NCBI GenBank assembly: GCA_040776945.1
Contig: JAXGZN010000002.1
Span: forward strand, 576,001 to 640,000
Length of the DNA: 64,000 bases
Reading direction: 5' to 3'
Source: Methanomassiliicoccaceae archaeon
Lineage (GTDB): Archaea > Thermoplasmatota > Thermoplasmata > Methanomassiliicoccales > Methanomassiliicoccaceae
Shown here: piece after piece, positions 20,911 to 31,785 of the stretch
Layout of the letters: every line of letters starts with the position of its first letter
Position numbering within the stretch: position 1 is the stretch's first letter
The notes under the pieces: generated by a model
Told to the model about the DNA's origin: nothing
Databases searched by the model: none
The model's input: only the letters and a program-made list of their open reading frames with translations
Program-made: the position numbers and the translations under genes

Positions 20911-21396
20911 TCATAACCGCTTGCTCAGATGCATGGTCTCCATGGCATAGCCTTGAGAACGGTAAAGGCCGAGGGCGCAGACATTCCCACCACCGACATT
21001 GAGCCACATGGCCGCGGCTCCATTCTCCCGGGCCCATCGCTCGGCTCGGTCCAAGAGCTCGCGGGCAAGACCCTGCCGCCGATACCGAGGATCCACGAAT
21101 ACCTCCAGCAGCCACGCCTCCCCCGGGCCCTGGTGCAGCCTTTCCATGGTGGCCCACACGAGCCCGATCCTTTCGCCGTCGCGCAAGGCCACGATGAGCT
21201 TGTCTGCCCCTCCGCTCCGATAGTGATATCTTTCGAGATCGGAGCGGGCCTCCTCGATCATTTCCCGGTCATCGGCGGCGGCCAAGCGTTCGGAAGCCTT
21301 GGTCTCGCGCATGCCAGCGACCATTGCCTGCAGCGTCCAGTCCAGGTCGTTCTCTTCGAAGTCCCGGTAGTGGACGGCGTCCATCGTGACGGTCAT
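20911..21396 (-). CDS. GNAT-family N-acetyltransferase
   Basis: VDPRYRRQGLA motif A, N..ALGLY; 4-nt overlap with aCPSF1. Confidence 0.9.
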   Translation of the reverse strand: MTVTMDAVHYRDFEENDLDWTLQAMVAGMRETKASERLAAADDREMIEEARSDLERYHYRSGGADKLIVALRDGERIGLVWATMERLHQGPGEAWLLEVFVDPRYRRQGLARELLDRAERWARENGAAAMWLNVGGGNVCALGLYRSQGYAMETMHLSKRL

Positions 21397-23303
21397 TTCA
21401 TCCTTATGGTCTCAAGGTTCATCGGCGCCCTGGTCTCGATGTTGAACTTCTTGTATATCGACGAGGCTAGATCGGCGCACTTGTGCTCGTCCCCGTGGCC
21501 GATGATGATCCTTTCAGGCTTGGGGTCCAGGGAGGCGATGTAGGCCATAAGCTGCCTGCGGTCGCTATGTCCCGAGAAGCCCTCCGCGTTCTCCACGTTG
21601 AGCTTGATCTTGACGTTGATGGGCTTCCCCCGCTCACTGAGCTGCAGCTCGTTCCATCCTTTCTGGATCCTGTTCCCCATGGTCCCCTCGGCCTGATAGC
21701 CGACGAACACCAGCGAGTTCTTAGGATCGTCCGCCCAGGCCTTGAAGTACTCGAGGACCGGACCGCCGTTCATCATGCCGCTCGTCGCGAGCACGATGCA
21801 AGGTTCGATATCATGGCAGATGCGCTCCCTCATCTCCGAGGTCTCCACCCGCTTGAATATCTGCGACAGGAAGGGGTTCTGCCCCATCTGGAAGATCTGA
21901 GTTCGCAGCTGCGAATTAAGGTACTCAGGGTAAGCCGTATGGATAGCTGTCGCTTCCCATATCATCCCATCAAGGTACACCGGCACGTTCGGCAGCTTTC
22001 CTGTCCGCATAAGTTCTTCGAGAACGAGCATGACCTCCTGCGAACGGCCGACCGCGAAGACGGGTATGAGCACCTTTCCGTTCTTGGCCAATGTCCTTTC
22101 CACCACTGCTTTCAGCGTGTTGCCGGCCTCAGCCCTGGACGGCTGCATGTCCCGATATCCGCCGTAGGTGGCCTCGATGACCAGGGTCTCCAGCCTGGGG
22201 AACTTGTTGGCCGTCGGGTTGAACAGCCAGGTCCTTTCGAACTTCATGTCCCCAGTGAACGCGACGTTGTACAGGCCGTCGCCAACATGGAAGTGGCACA
22301 CCGCAGAGCCGAGGATATGGCCGGCGTTCTGGAATGTGAGCCGGATGTCGGGAGCGATGTCCGTGGTCTCCCCGTACTTAAGGGGAATGCAGTGGGCGAC
22401 CATCTCCCTCACATGGGATGATTCATAAGGTGCCCGCCTTGCCTCGCCGAAGGACACCTTGATGTAGTCCAGCTGCATGAGGGACATGAGGTCCCTGGTC
22501 GGCGGAGTGCAATAGACAGGCCCATCGTAACCGTACTTGTATAGGGCGGGAAGCAGGGCGCAATGGTCCAGGTGAGCGTGGGTGATCACAACCGCGTCGA
22601 GGTTCTCCAGGGGCTGTATCTCCGGAGCGTTGAAGTAGGGAGTGGCGCCCTCCTTGTCCGAAGGGTCCACGCCGCAATCGATCAGCACCTTGCTCTCCCT
22701 TGTGCTCAATAGAGTGGCGCTCCTTCCCACCTCTCGATATCCCCCCAAGGCGGTCATCCGAACCCAGGACTCGCCGTCGATCCTCGGTCTGGCGAGCTTA
22801 CGGCCGACCTTCTTCAAAAAGATCTTTCTCTCATCGGAGATCTGCCGGAGGTAGTTGCGGATATCTGAAACGGTCTTGGAAGAGAGGGGAGGCGCTCGCA
22901 CAACCTTGGGTGCCCAGCCTACCTCTTTCTTGATCTCGTTGAGGATGCTTCCATGCTTTCCGATGACCAGTCCGGGCGCCAGAGCCTCGATCGTTACCTC
23001 CCCGGTGTCGTCCTCGAAATAGATGTCAGTGATCTGGGCCTCCGGCGGGATGATCTCCCTTATCCTCTTTTCAACTACGGCGGGGTCCGCGAGAGTGGAC
23101 GGGTCGGGCCTGATGGCAACCCTCCGCCGCAGCCCCTGGGCCAACTGCCTCACGATGTCGTTGTTGGAGGCGAACTTCTCCATGTCCTTTGTATAGATCA
23201 CGACGACCGGCCCCTCGAACTCGATGGCCGTAATATTAACGTCGGAAGGAGCGATCTTCCTAATCTGTTCCCTCGCATCCTCTAGAACTCTCTCTGCGCT
23301 CAT
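21393..23303 (-). CDS. fttA: Beta-CASP ribonuclease aCPSF1 / transcription termination factor FttA
   Basis: N-terminal KH domains (GLVIGKHG), THAHLDH, AGHILGS, FSGHSD; 636 aa; adjacent to psmB. Confidence 0.96.
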   Translation of the reverse strand: MSAERVLEDAREQIRKIAPSDVNITAIEFEGPVVVIYTKDMEKFASNNDIVRQLAQGLRRRVAIRPDPSTLADPAVVEKRIREIIPPEAQITDIYFEDDTGEVTIEALAPGLVIGKHGSILNEIKKEVGWAPKVVRAPPLSSKTVSDIRNYLRQISDERKIFLKKVGRKLARPRIDGESWVRMTALGGYREVGRSATLLSTRESKVLIDCGVDPSDKEGATPYFNAPEIQPLENLDAVVITHAHLDHCALLPALYKYGYDGPVYCTPPTRDLMSLMQLDYIKVSFGEARRAPYESSHVREMVAHCIPLKYGETTDIAPDIRLTFQNAGHILGSAVCHFHVGDGLYNVAFTGDMKFERTWLFNPTANKFPRLETLVIEATYGGYRDMQPSRAEAGNTLKAVVERTLAKNGKVLIPVFAVGRSQEVMLVLEELMRTGKLPNVPVYLDGMIWEATAIHTAYPEYLNSQLRTQIFQMGQNPFLSQIFKRVETSEMRERICHDIEPCIVLATSGMMNGGPVLEYFKAWADDPKNSLVFVGYQAEGTMGNRIQKGWNELQLSERGKPINVKIKLNVENAEGFSGHSDRRQLMAYIASLDPKPERIIIGHGDEHKCADLASSIYKKFNIETRAPMNLETIRMK

Positions 23304-23357
23304 ACAATGCTCCAGCTTTACGTTTCAATACAATATAATAGGAAATTTGGAAGTGGT

Positions 23358-24020
23358 TTAAACGTGTTTGGCGTAGCCGACCATGAGCTTCATGGCCTTG
23401 GCACGCTCCAAGGCTTCCTCGGCGCTAAGCTCCCTGAAGCCTTCCTTATTGATGACCGCGACAGCGTAGCCGTCTCCGCTAGCGGAGTCCCGCCTCATGG
23501 CCGCGTTAAGTGCACGGATGGCCAGGTCGATGGCCTCGTCCTCGGTCATGTTAAGCTCATAATGGTCCTCCAATACGCCATAGGCGAAGGTGGAGCCGGA
23601 GCCGACGGAAACATATTCGTCCCTTATTGAGCCGCCTGCCGCATCCAATGAATAGACATGCCCGCCGGTGGAATCGAGTCCGCCCATTATCAGACCGACA
23701 TAGTAATAGCCATAGGCGCCCCCGCCCCCCCTCATGATGTTGGAGAGCAACGTGGACGCCGCCTTTACCGACATCGGGGTGCCCTTCTTGAGCTTGTACA
23801 GCTCCACCTCCGCCTTGATGTACCTGGCGAGGATCTGGGCGTCTCCGACCAATCCCGCAACGGTTAGCCCTAGGTTGTCATCGACCTTGAAGAGCTTGCG
23901 GACGTCCTTGTGGGCGATAATATTGCCCATGGTGGCCCGGTGTTCGGTTGCTATTATAACGCCATCCTTGAATACGATGCCGATGGTGGTAGTTCCCGTC
24001 TTCAATTGATTATCAGTCAT
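23358..24020 (-). CDS. psmB: Proteasome subunit beta
   Basis: Propeptide ending KTG then TTT, GSGS, RDSASGDG. Confidence 0.97.
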   Translation of the reverse strand: MTDNQLKTGTTTIGIVFKDGVIIATEHRATMGNIIAHKDVRKLFKVDDNLGLTVAGLVGDAQILARYIKAEVELYKLKKGTPMSVKAASTLLSNIMRGGGGAYGYYYVGLIMGGLDSTGGHVYSLDAAGGSIRDEYVSVGSGSTFAYGVLEDHYELNMTEDEAIDLAIRALNAAMRRDSASGDGYAVAVINKEGFRELSAEEALERAKAMKLMVGYAKHV

Positions 24021-24527
24021 TGACCATCAACCCATAAAATCGGTTAAAAGATGGATTTTAATGTTTCTGAACTCTCCAATGAAGACTGGGATATATAAAA
24101 CTTATCCAAATCAGCAATCTGGACGGTCAAAATATGGTCCGGTTCAAACGCCATAATGGGCTGGCTTCCGATGCTTCTCGCATCTCGGGAAGGACCGCGT
24201 TGCAGGCCTTGATCGGCACAGATAGATGGCAGGGAAGAAAGGGATCTGCGGTGAAGGGACAGAGGCGCCCCGACCGTCCCCAACGCAGGACCCGCTCCCC
24301 TGGATTCCGATGATGCTCTGACGGGGGATGTTCGAAGAGGTCGTTCGAACTTCGCAATTCCCTCTTAACACCCCTAGGCCAGTCAATCGCAATAGTGAAA
24401 TTCTAATCCATATGTTTATATCGTGTTAGATTGGTTCAATAAACGGGACAGGTAGCGTGTAAGACCACTCCTGTACACGCACTACATGACACGTGTGCTC
24501 CAAACCGGAAATTAGGATGGCTTCGCG

Positions 24528-25094
24528 TCAGGACTTCCCGTGCCTGCCTGTCTCACTCATTTTTCTCCCGAGCAGAAATGGAGCAGATCCACCGCTGCGT
24601 ACCCAATCCGCAAAGTGTCCGAGGAAGTAAGAGGCCCCGGCACCTCCCAGGACCCCGGTGATTACCCTAAGGGCGTTGTTCGATTCATACCATCCTGTCA
24701 ATTGTACGGTCCCGTCGATCATTATAGGCAGCACCATGACCAAGAGGGCGGTAAGGGCGAACCTTGGGGTAAGCGCTAGGACAGCGAGCATCCCGGCGGC
24801 AAGGCCTATGAAGATGCCCACATCACGGGCGCAGAAAGGCATCTGGTTGCCGTTGAGGTAGAGAGATCTCTCTGCCATCTGGTGGCAGTTCAGGTCCCCC
24901 AGAAGATATATGGCTCGAGGCATAGGGGCCATTCGGTCGGTGGTGGCCGAGTTATCGATCACGCTCGCCCGCCCGCTGAGATCGCTCACGCTTCCCGGCG
25001 GTAGGGACAGTGGAGCGGCGACGACCAGGGCAAGCCAAGCCGTGAAGGTCACAAGCAGCATGAGCTTCGCTCTGCGCACGGGGTCCTTGTTCAC
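24528..25094 (-). CDS. DUF2085-family membrane protein
   Basis: CHQMAERS..QMPFCARDVGI, DG.VQ, ESNNALRVITG; GTG start after GGAG. Confidence 0.85.
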   Translation of the reverse strand: MNKDPVRRAKLMLLVTFTAWLALVVAAPLSLPPGSVSDLSGRASVIDNSATTDRMAPMPRAIYLLGDLNCHQMAERSLYLNGNQMPFCARDVGIFIGLAAGMLAVLALTPRFALTALLVMVLPIMIDGTVQLTGWYESNNALRVITGVLGGAGASYFLGHFADWVRSGGSAPFLLGRKMSETGRHGKS

Positions 25095-25183
25095 ACAACT
25101 CCATCCCTCTTCCGCAGATAATCGTTTCTCAAGCCCCTTCAGCGTGGGAAGGGAAAAATACCATCTAATGCTCTGGTCCCGCG

Positions 25184-25606
25184 ATGACGTCCCTTCCTGA
25201 TGAAATGGTCGCATTGAAGAGGTTCCACGGGCACCTCGGCCCGTACGCCGTCCTCGGATATAGGATGGGCCTGGCAGCCCGCTCGAGGTTCCCGGAACGC
25301 ATCTACGCTAGGGTCCACAGCGGGACCAGGCGGCCATTGTCCTGCCTGGCCGACGGGGTCCAGATGTCCTCTTGTTGCACACTGGGCAAGAACAACATCA
25401 CTGTGCTCGAGGATGCCGAGGCCAGGGTCGAGTTCTCCGACGGCGCCGCACACCTGGAGATGACGGCGCTCATGGAGGTGGTGGACGACATCAACGCCAG
25501 GTGCGACCATCATAACGAGGAGGAGATGGCGATGCGCATCTACTCTATGAAGGACGAGGAGCTTTGGACGGTCAGATCAGAGAGCTCAGCCCCGTTCGGC
25601 AGATAA
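25184..25606 (+). CDS. FmdE-family protein (stand-alone)
   Basis: FHGHLGPYAVLGYR, CLADGVQ...CTLGK. Confidence 0.9.
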   Translation: MTSLPDEMVALKRFHGHLGPYAVLGYRMGLAARSRFPERIYARVHSGTRRPLSCLADGVQMSSCCTLGKNNITVLEDAEARVEFSDGAAHLEMTALMEVVDDINARCDHHNEEEMAMRIYSMKDEELWTVRSESSAPFGR

Positions 25607-27383
25607 GGGAGACGGAGACAAAGACCAGGAATGCCACCGGTGTACGGGTGGCATAGGAATGAAGGACCCCTCTCCAGCTCCTATCCCCCATCACTAGCAC
25701 AGTGAAGAATGAGACGAGCAGCGACAGTTCCCCAATATATATTCCGGTCATAAGCGCTATATCGTCGGCCGTAGAGCCCGCCGCCGAGGCCTGCGAGCCT
25801 ATGAGCGTGAAAAGGGCACCGGTCACCCCCAGGACTATGGGGGCGAACAGAACGCTGGTGGACCTCATCATCTCCACCACGCCTCGCAGCTTTTCCTCGA
25901 TCTTTACCTGGCAGGAGCCGACCTCCGAGAGCATGTGTGCTAGATTCAGCGCGATCTGGCCTGCGTACCGCGGGTCACGAGCAGCGCATTGCACCACTGT
26001 GATGTAGGCGTTCTCCATCATCCTCGATGCGGACCCCAGGCTCCCTTCTTCCAGGATGATCTCCTCAAGAGGCCGGCCATAGAGCCGGGCCCGGTAAAGC
26101 AGGGACCTTCCGAACGTCTGGAAGGGAGAGCCGCTCATCCCCTCGGCGGCCTCCTCCAACGCCTTTTCGAAGGTCGCCCCTGACACCATGCGGTTCCCGA
26201 TCTGGAACAGGGCGGTTATCGCTTCTTTCTCCAGCTTTCTTCTCAGCCGGCGTGACGGCACATGGCCCCTGAGCCTCCATCCCAGGAAGGCGCATGGCAC
26301 GAGGACGGCGGCGCCCGATATCAGGTACGGCCGCAGTTCTCCAAGTTCCAAGACGGCCGTGGCCACGATCATCGCGGCCCATACGATTGCCATGTCCATA
26401 GTGAGTAGGGACATGACCTCATCGTCACTGCCTCGGGCCAGGCCCAGAGGGTTCTTGATCAATATCGTCCATGCGTAGATCAATGAGGACAAGGGGATGA
26501 GGAAGAGGAGCAGAAAGGCCAAGTGAGGAAGTGGGACCGCCGGTCCAGTACCCTGCCCCATAGAGGTCCCGAGGGACAGGAGCGGCAAGATGGAGAAGAG
26601 CATGATCGGCAGCAGGGTACCTAGCGAGAACAGCATCATGGCCGGCATGGAGAGAGAGGCCGCGTAAGAGTCCACAGCGTCCTTCACCCCTCCCATCGCT
26701 ACCGAGTTGGCCTTGTCCAGGAGACGGTCCATGCCTTGCTTGGAGCGCTCGCAGGTCGCCGATATCACCAGGTGGATGGATTGCTTAAGCGAGAAATTAG
26801 CCTCCGACAACGACGATGTCAGTTCGTCCAGGGCCTCCGGCAACGAGCTCCTCCTCATCAGGTTCGACCATAACGCCTCTCTCAGGCGGACGGAGAGGAC
26901 ACCGTCCCCTCTCTCAGAGGCAAATATCACGGCCTGCTCCAGTGAAGGCCGTACCTGCATGCTCATGGTCATGCAGCCAATGATGGACGGGGCTTCACCC
27001 AGCATTCGCCGCTCCTCCGCCCGGCCTAATCCATCTGGAGCTGCTAGATAGAGGGAAGATGCGATAACAGGGACCAACAGGCCGGGGACGATGCCGTAAA
27101 CTAAGGCCATGAGGCCAAAGGCCGCGGTCAAGGCCGCGAGGGCTACGATCATGATCGCCGCGGACACGATCATCGTGTTCCACGAGCCCTTGAGCACAGC
27201 GGACCCTTCAATATCATTACGAAGCAGCCAACGCTCACCGGTCGGGCTGCGTTTGCAACGCATCGCTCTTTCGTATCCAGAGGGCACGGCCAGTTTAGGC
27301 AGGAAGGACGGCCATCTGACGAAAAGCTCGTCGACCCACTGCAATTGATCACCTGCCTTGGACCAAACGGCGGAAGTCATCAA
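25572..27383 (-). CDS. Type II secretion F / TadBC-like pilus assembly membrane platform
   Basis: Two T2SSF-like halves (SLEQAV.., GATFEKAL..) with TMs; directly downstream of the assembly ATPase; start uncertain. Confidence 0.75.
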   Translation of the reverse strand: MMTSAVWSKAGDQLQWVDELFVRWPSFLPKLAVPSGYERAMRCKRSPTGERWLLRNDIEGSAVLKGSWNTMIVSAAIMIVALAALTAAFGLMALVYGIVPGLLVPVIASSLYLAAPDGLGRAEERRMLGEAPSIIGCMTMSMQVRPSLEQAVIFASERGDGVLSVRLREALWSNLMRRSSLPEALDELTSSLSEANFSLKQSIHLVISATCERSKQGMDRLLDKANSVAMGGVKDAVDSYAASLSMPAMMLFSLGTLLPIMLFSILPLLSLGTSMGQGTGPAVPLPHLAFLLLFLIPLSSLIYAWTILIKNPLGLARGSDDEVMSLLTMDMAIVWAAMIVATAVLELGELRPYLISGAAVLVPCAFLGWRLRGHVPSRRLRRKLEKEAITALFQIGNRMVSGATFEKALEEAAEGMSGSPFQTFGRSLLYRARLYGRPLEEIILEEGSLGSASRMMENAYITVVQCAARDPRYAGQIALNLAHMLSEVGSCQVKIEEKLRGVVEMMRSTSVLFAPIVLGVTGALFTLIGSQASAAGSTADDIALMTGIYIGELSLLVSFFTVLVMGDRSWRGVLHSYATRTPVAFLVFVSVSLICRTGLSSLI

Positions 27384-29058
27384 CTATGCGGCGATAGTCG
27401 CGGTCCCCCGCGTCAAGCCTGCTCCAAAGGTGCTCATTGCAACGGCAAACCCACTCCGGCTCCAAGTATCGAGGGCCGTGGACGGCCGCCATGTCCAGCA
27501 GCACACCCCTCATCTCCGTCCGCGCACTGATGTTCGATAAGGCCTCCTTGACGGTCATTCCCCAAGACCCTGCGATCCGAGAGACCACCCTGGAACCGGA
27601 AAGGCCCTCATCTCCATGGCCCAGGAGCTGATGGAACCGCACCCTGCCGTCCTCCTCCCGGCACTCCGCCACCTCGATCAGGCGCCGGACCGGCCGCGAC
27701 CCTCCGCCCGGTCGAGACAGCCCCATCGTTAGCACGAGGTCGGTGGCCATGAACGCTTCCTTGGGGATCCCCATGTCATGCACCACCCGCTCATAGACAG
27801 AGCTTGCCGATTCACCATGGATGGTTCCCAGTACCGAGGAACCGGCCCTTCCAGCCCTCATGCTCTGATATAAGGTCTGAGCCTCCTTGCCCCGCACCTC
27901 GCCCAGGACAATGGCCGACTCGCCCAGACGGAGGGAGACCCTGAGGGCTTGGTCCGCAGCGTCCTCGTTGCTTTGGTCCATCCTTGTCTCTACGAACATC
28001 GATTGGACCTTGTATCCCAAAGATTGCATCCTCCTTGTAGGAAGCTCGAGCGTGTCCTCGATGGACAGGATGCGTTGGGACATAGGGAATTCGAACATCA
28101 TTGCCGACAACAAGGAGGATTTCCCGGAGCCCCTGGCGCCACAGATCAGAATGGTGCTGCGGCCGTCCATGAGGAAGGAGAGAAGCCCTGCGGTCGAGAC
28201 GTCCATTGAGCCGTTAGAGACGAGCTTGAGCAGCGTCCAAGAGCTCCTCGAATGCCTTCTGAGGGCGACAGCGGTACCGCTAGGGGAGAGAGGCGGCCCG
28301 ATGATCGTGGCCCTGGACCCCATTCCCTCCACATCGGTCTCCATGACTGGATAGGCCTCAGAGAAGGGTCGGCCGCTGGACTGCCGGAGGCGGGAGGCGA
28401 GCTTGGCGACCTCATCCTCGGAGACCGTGATGTTGGTAAGGCAACGACATACCGCATTAATGCCTGAGATCCCATTGACCGTTACGTGAACAGGGTTCTC
28501 CTCGGCCGGAGCGTCCACATAGACATCCTCGATCCGGTCATCGGACAGGAGCACCTCGAAAAAGCCCAGCCCGACGGTGTAACGGGCCACGACCTCCGAG
28601 AGCTTCTTTATCGCGCATTCCCGCTCCTCTATGCTACCTCCCAGATCGAGCCCGTTTCCAGAGCATAGGCCGCGGAACAGACGGGCGGAGGACGAGGTCA
28701 CGTGGGACCTGAGCTCTTCCCTTGATACGCTCAAGGACTGAGGCGGAAGGAAGGAGATCCTCCGAATAACCTTGGACAGTGCCGATATCCAGCTGTCTGG
28801 AAGGCCATATTCCCAAGGGACGGCGTGGTAGAGCATGCCTCCGCCGTCAGCGGCAGATGCGATGGTTACTCTGGCACCCGCTACATCGTAGTTGTCTATC
28901 GCCGCATATCCGCCAGGAAGAGATGTTGCGGCCCAGCATCCCGAGAAGCCCGGCCTGCGTGCCGCCCGCTCGCGGAGAAGCTTCGCCAATGCCCGTTCGG
29001 CCCCGCTCTCTTGGCTGACCGGAGCCCTTGGCCCCCTGACGATGACCCTAGTGGTCAT
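27349..29058 (-). CDS. Type II/IV secretion system ATPase (TadA/CpaF/VirB11 family)
   Basis: GARGSGKSS, SIEDTLEL, VLGEVRG, GTIHG. Confidence 0.93.
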   Translation of the reverse strand: MTTRVIVRGPRAPVSQESGAERALAKLLRERAARRPGFSGCWAATSLPGGYAAIDNYDVAGARVTIASAADGGGMLYHAVPWEYGLPDSWISALSKVIRRISFLPPQSLSVSREELRSHVTSSSARLFRGLCSGNGLDLGGSIEERECAIKKLSEVVARYTVGLGFFEVLLSDDRIEDVYVDAPAEENPVHVTVNGISGINAVCRCLTNITVSEDEVAKLASRLRQSSGRPFSEAYPVMETDVEGMGSRATIIGPPLSPSGTAVALRRHSRSSWTLLKLVSNGSMDVSTAGLLSFLMDGRSTILICGARGSGKSSLLSAMMFEFPMSQRILSIEDTLELPTRRMQSLGYKVQSMFVETRMDQSNEDAADQALRVSLRLGESAIVLGEVRGKEAQTLYQSMRAGRAGSSVLGTIHGESASSVYERVVHDMGIPKEAFMATDLVLTMGLSRPGGGSRPVRRLIEVAECREEDGRVRFHQLLGHGDEGLSGSRVVSRIAGSWGMTVKEALSNISARTEMRGVLLDMAAVHGPRYLEPEWVCRCNEHLWSRLDAGDRDYRRIVDDFRRLVQGR

Positions 29059-29611
29059 TGGAGCTCACCACCTTGAACGCGGCCTTATTGATGCGCGTCT
29101 CGGCAAGATCCAGCAAGTGCCTGGCATGGTCCATGTTGGACCGCAGGGTTCGTATGCATTGTTCGCAGGCTCGCCCATGACCGCCCGAGGGGCGGGCGAA
29201 ACTGGCATCCATCTCAGGAGCGGCGCGGGGGAGGCCGTCGACCATTCTGGCGATTACCGTCCTTGGGTTGGAGAGGCAGGTCGCACAATCCTCAAAGGGC
29301 TGATGGAACTGTATGCTGTTCGCGAACCTGACGATATCGCTTATGGCCGACAGAGCGTCAACGCAATCTTGATCGTAAATTATCTCCCAATCTCTGGAAA
29401 GAATTATCTCGCGGATGCCCGGCGCTTCCGAGGCCATTATCCTGATGATCCCCTTCAGGCATCTTGGGTCGGCCAGGTCCTGTTTCTGACGGCAGCCTCG
29501 GCAATCTATGATCAGAGCTCCCCGCTCTCTTTTACCGATGCAGCTCGGCCGGACGGCTCTCCGTTCTGCCGGCCCAGCCGCCTTTCTCAGTTGGATAGGT
29601 CCGATCTTCAT
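29048..29611 (-). CDS. Cys-rich hypothetical protein coupled to the ATPase
   Basis: Three CxxC pairs (CRGC, CATC, CEQC); overlaps the ATPase start. Confidence 0.7.
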   Translation of the reverse strand: MKIGPIQLRKAAGPAERRAVRPSCIGKRERGALIIDCRGCRQKQDLADPRCLKGIIRIMASEAPGIREIILSRDWEIIYDQDCVDALSAISDIVRFANSIQFHQPFEDCATCLSNPRTVIARMVDGLPRAAPEMDASFARPSGGHGRACEQCIRTLRSNMDHARHLLDLAETRINKAAFKVVSSNDH

Positions 29612-29753
29612 GGTCCCAGCCTCCTCATGGAAGGGAGGGTCATTCTGATTGACGCTACAGTGACGCTACGTACCTTTGCCCTGTTATCTCAAGGAGGCCT
29701 CATGCCAAAGTGCATCACAAGATGTTTTATCCGGGCCATCATAATGTCCGAGC

Positions 29754-31676
29754 ATGGAAGTGCTAGCTCCCGCCGGTTCCAAGGAAGCGTTCAAGGCGGC
29801 TCTGGCAGGTGGCGCCGACGCCATCTATCTGGGAGGCAAGCTTTTCGGAGCTAGACGATTCGCCCAGAACTTCTCCGATCAGGAGCTCAAGAGCGCCGTC
29901 GCACTGGCCCGCTCCCGTGATGTAAAGGTGTATGTGACGGTGAACACCCTGATCAAAGAGAAGGAGCTTCCCCTGGCGTTCGATTACCTGGACCTGCTGG
30001 ACCGAATAGATGTGGACGCGGTGATAGTGCAGGACCGAGGATTGGCCCGACTCATCATCGAAAACTTCGGCATTCCAGTCCATGCCTCCACCCAGATGGG
30101 GATCCACTCACCTGAGGACGCCCGATGGGCCAGAGAGCTGGGGATAGAGAGGGCCATTCTCGCCCGGGAGCTTAGCATCAAGGAGGTGGAGCGGATAGCC
30201 AAGGGCGCCGACATCGGCATAGAGGTGTTCGTCCATGGAGCGTTGTGCTACTGCTTCTCAGGGCAGTGCCTGTTCTCATCCATCCTTGGCGGACGGTCGG
30301 GCAATCGCGGCATGTGCGCCCAGCCCTGCCGTAAAAGGTATACCTTGGGCAAGGGAACGGCATACCTGCTGTCCACGGCCGACCTGTTCTCCATCGACGC
30401 CCTTCCCGATCTTATGCGCATCGGTGTGGACGCGATTAAGATCGAGGGACGTCTGCGTTCTCCAATATATGTATATCTGGCATCCAAGGTGTACAAGGCT
30501 GCGGTGGAACGCGCCGAGCGCGGGGACGAGGTCTTGATCACGGACAGGGAAAGGGAACTGTTGTCTGTGGCGTTCAACCGGGGCTTTAGTTCAGGGTACC
30601 TGCTTACGGACAAGGTCATGCAGCGCGCCTATCCCGAATCCCGAGGCCTTCCGTTAGGGAAGGCCATCTCAGAGGGACGAACGGTGAAGGTCCCTGGCAT
30701 GCTGGAGGAGGGGGACGGGATAACCTTCTACCGTGAAGGCGAGAAGGTCGGAGGGTTCGAGGTCCGATCCCCGGTCCATCAGGACGGCCTCACCGCTGTG
30801 AGCTCACCCTTCCGTCTGGAGATGGGCGATTATGATGTCTACAAGACAAAGGACCGCCAGTTCGCGGTGATTGAGAAGGAGATAAGCGCCATCCAATTCC
30901 CAATGAGCCAGGTCAAACGTCGTTTCGCCCGGTTCGAGCGTCCGGCCGTTGACCGAGGAACGCGTCGAGGGGATCTCTCGTTCTACATTTCCTCGATCCC
31001 TTCGCTGGTCGCGGTCATGCCTTATGCCGATCGAGTGTACTTTGATGCTGGCCCCCATCTCGAGGAAGCGATCGAGCGCTGCCGCGCGGATGGGATTGAG
31101 ATCGTCGCCAGGCTTCCGAGGATAACGACCTCGATGCCCCGGCTGCCCGACATACCGCTGATGATAAGCTCTCCCGGCCAGATGTTGGCATATTCCGAGC
31201 GACGCCTTTATGGATCGTACTTCTTGAACATGTTCAACTCCATAAACGTCCCTGAACTTTACCAGAGCACCCTGTCGGTAGAGCTCTCCAGAGATGATAT
31301 ACGAGACATAACCGCCCACTATCTCGGCAGGCTAGAGGTGATGGTCTTCGGCCGAGTGGAACTGATGGTGGCCCGCGATCCCACCCTAGAGGAAGGTACC
31401 TTGATAGATGAGAGAGGAGCAAGGTTCCCGGTTTTCCGTGACCGCTGCGGATATGTCCATATACTGAACTCATCGGACCTCTTCCTCTTGGACTTCCTCG
31501 GCGAGATGGACCGCATGGGGATCGACTCCTATGGCATCGACCTTCGGAACCGTCCTCCTGACGTCTGTTCGATCGTGGCCAAGGCATTCGATCGCCGGGA
31601 CCTCCGTTCAAAGGACAGGATAAAGCGCAGGGCCGGGCCGATCACGGCTGGCCACTACCTCCGAGGAGTGCAGTAA
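29754..31676 (+). CDS. U32 family protein (peptidase U32; RlhA/TrhP-like Fe-S hydroxylation family)
   Basis: EVLAPAG, GADAIYLG, HASTQ, EVFVHGALC..SGQC..NRGMCAQPCR, KIEGR. Confidence 0.92.
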   Translation: MEVLAPAGSKEAFKAALAGGADAIYLGGKLFGARRFAQNFSDQELKSAVALARSRDVKVYVTVNTLIKEKELPLAFDYLDLLDRIDVDAVIVQDRGLARLIIENFGIPVHASTQMGIHSPEDARWARELGIERAILARELSIKEVERIAKGADIGIEVFVHGALCYCFSGQCLFSSILGGRSGNRGMCAQPCRKRYTLGKGTAYLLSTADLFSIDALPDLMRIGVDAIKIEGRLRSPIYVYLASKVYKAAVERAERGDEVLITDRERELLSVAFNRGFSSGYLLTDKVMQRAYPESRGLPLGKAISEGRTVKVPGMLEEGDGITFYREGEKVGGFEVRSPVHQDGLTAVSSPFRLEMGDYDVYKTKDRQFAVIEKEISAIQFPMSQVKRRFARFERPAVDRGTRRGDLSFYISSIPSLVAVMPYADRVYFDAGPHLEEAIERCRADGIEIVARLPRITTSMPRLPDIPLMISSPGQMLAYSERRLYGSYFLNMFNSINVPELYQSTLSVELSRDDIRDITAHYLGRLEVMVFGRVELMVARDPTLEEGTLIDERGARFPVFRDRCGYVHILNSSDLFLLDFLGEMDRMGIDSYGIDLRNRPPDVCSIVAKAFDRRDLRSKDRIKRRAGPITAGHYLRGVQ

Positions 31677-31785
31677 TAGTAACTGTAGCCTCAAACAAGA
31701 TGGCTCGGGGTTCGTCTCCCGCATCATGGACCGGGAGAAGGGCAGTGCCGCCGAGCGATACCAAGCCTCGACCAGTCATTGGGAC

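Noticed and set aside
24246-24258. 13-mer TGCGGTGAAGGGA shared with the intergenic region near 62835
   Set aside because: Single 13-mer matches are expected by chance in 64 kb, and the similarity does not extend
25184-25606. FmdE as evidence of a formylmethanofuran dehydrogenase operon
   Set aside because: No other fmd/fwd subunits nearby, and stand-alone FmdE-family genes are common
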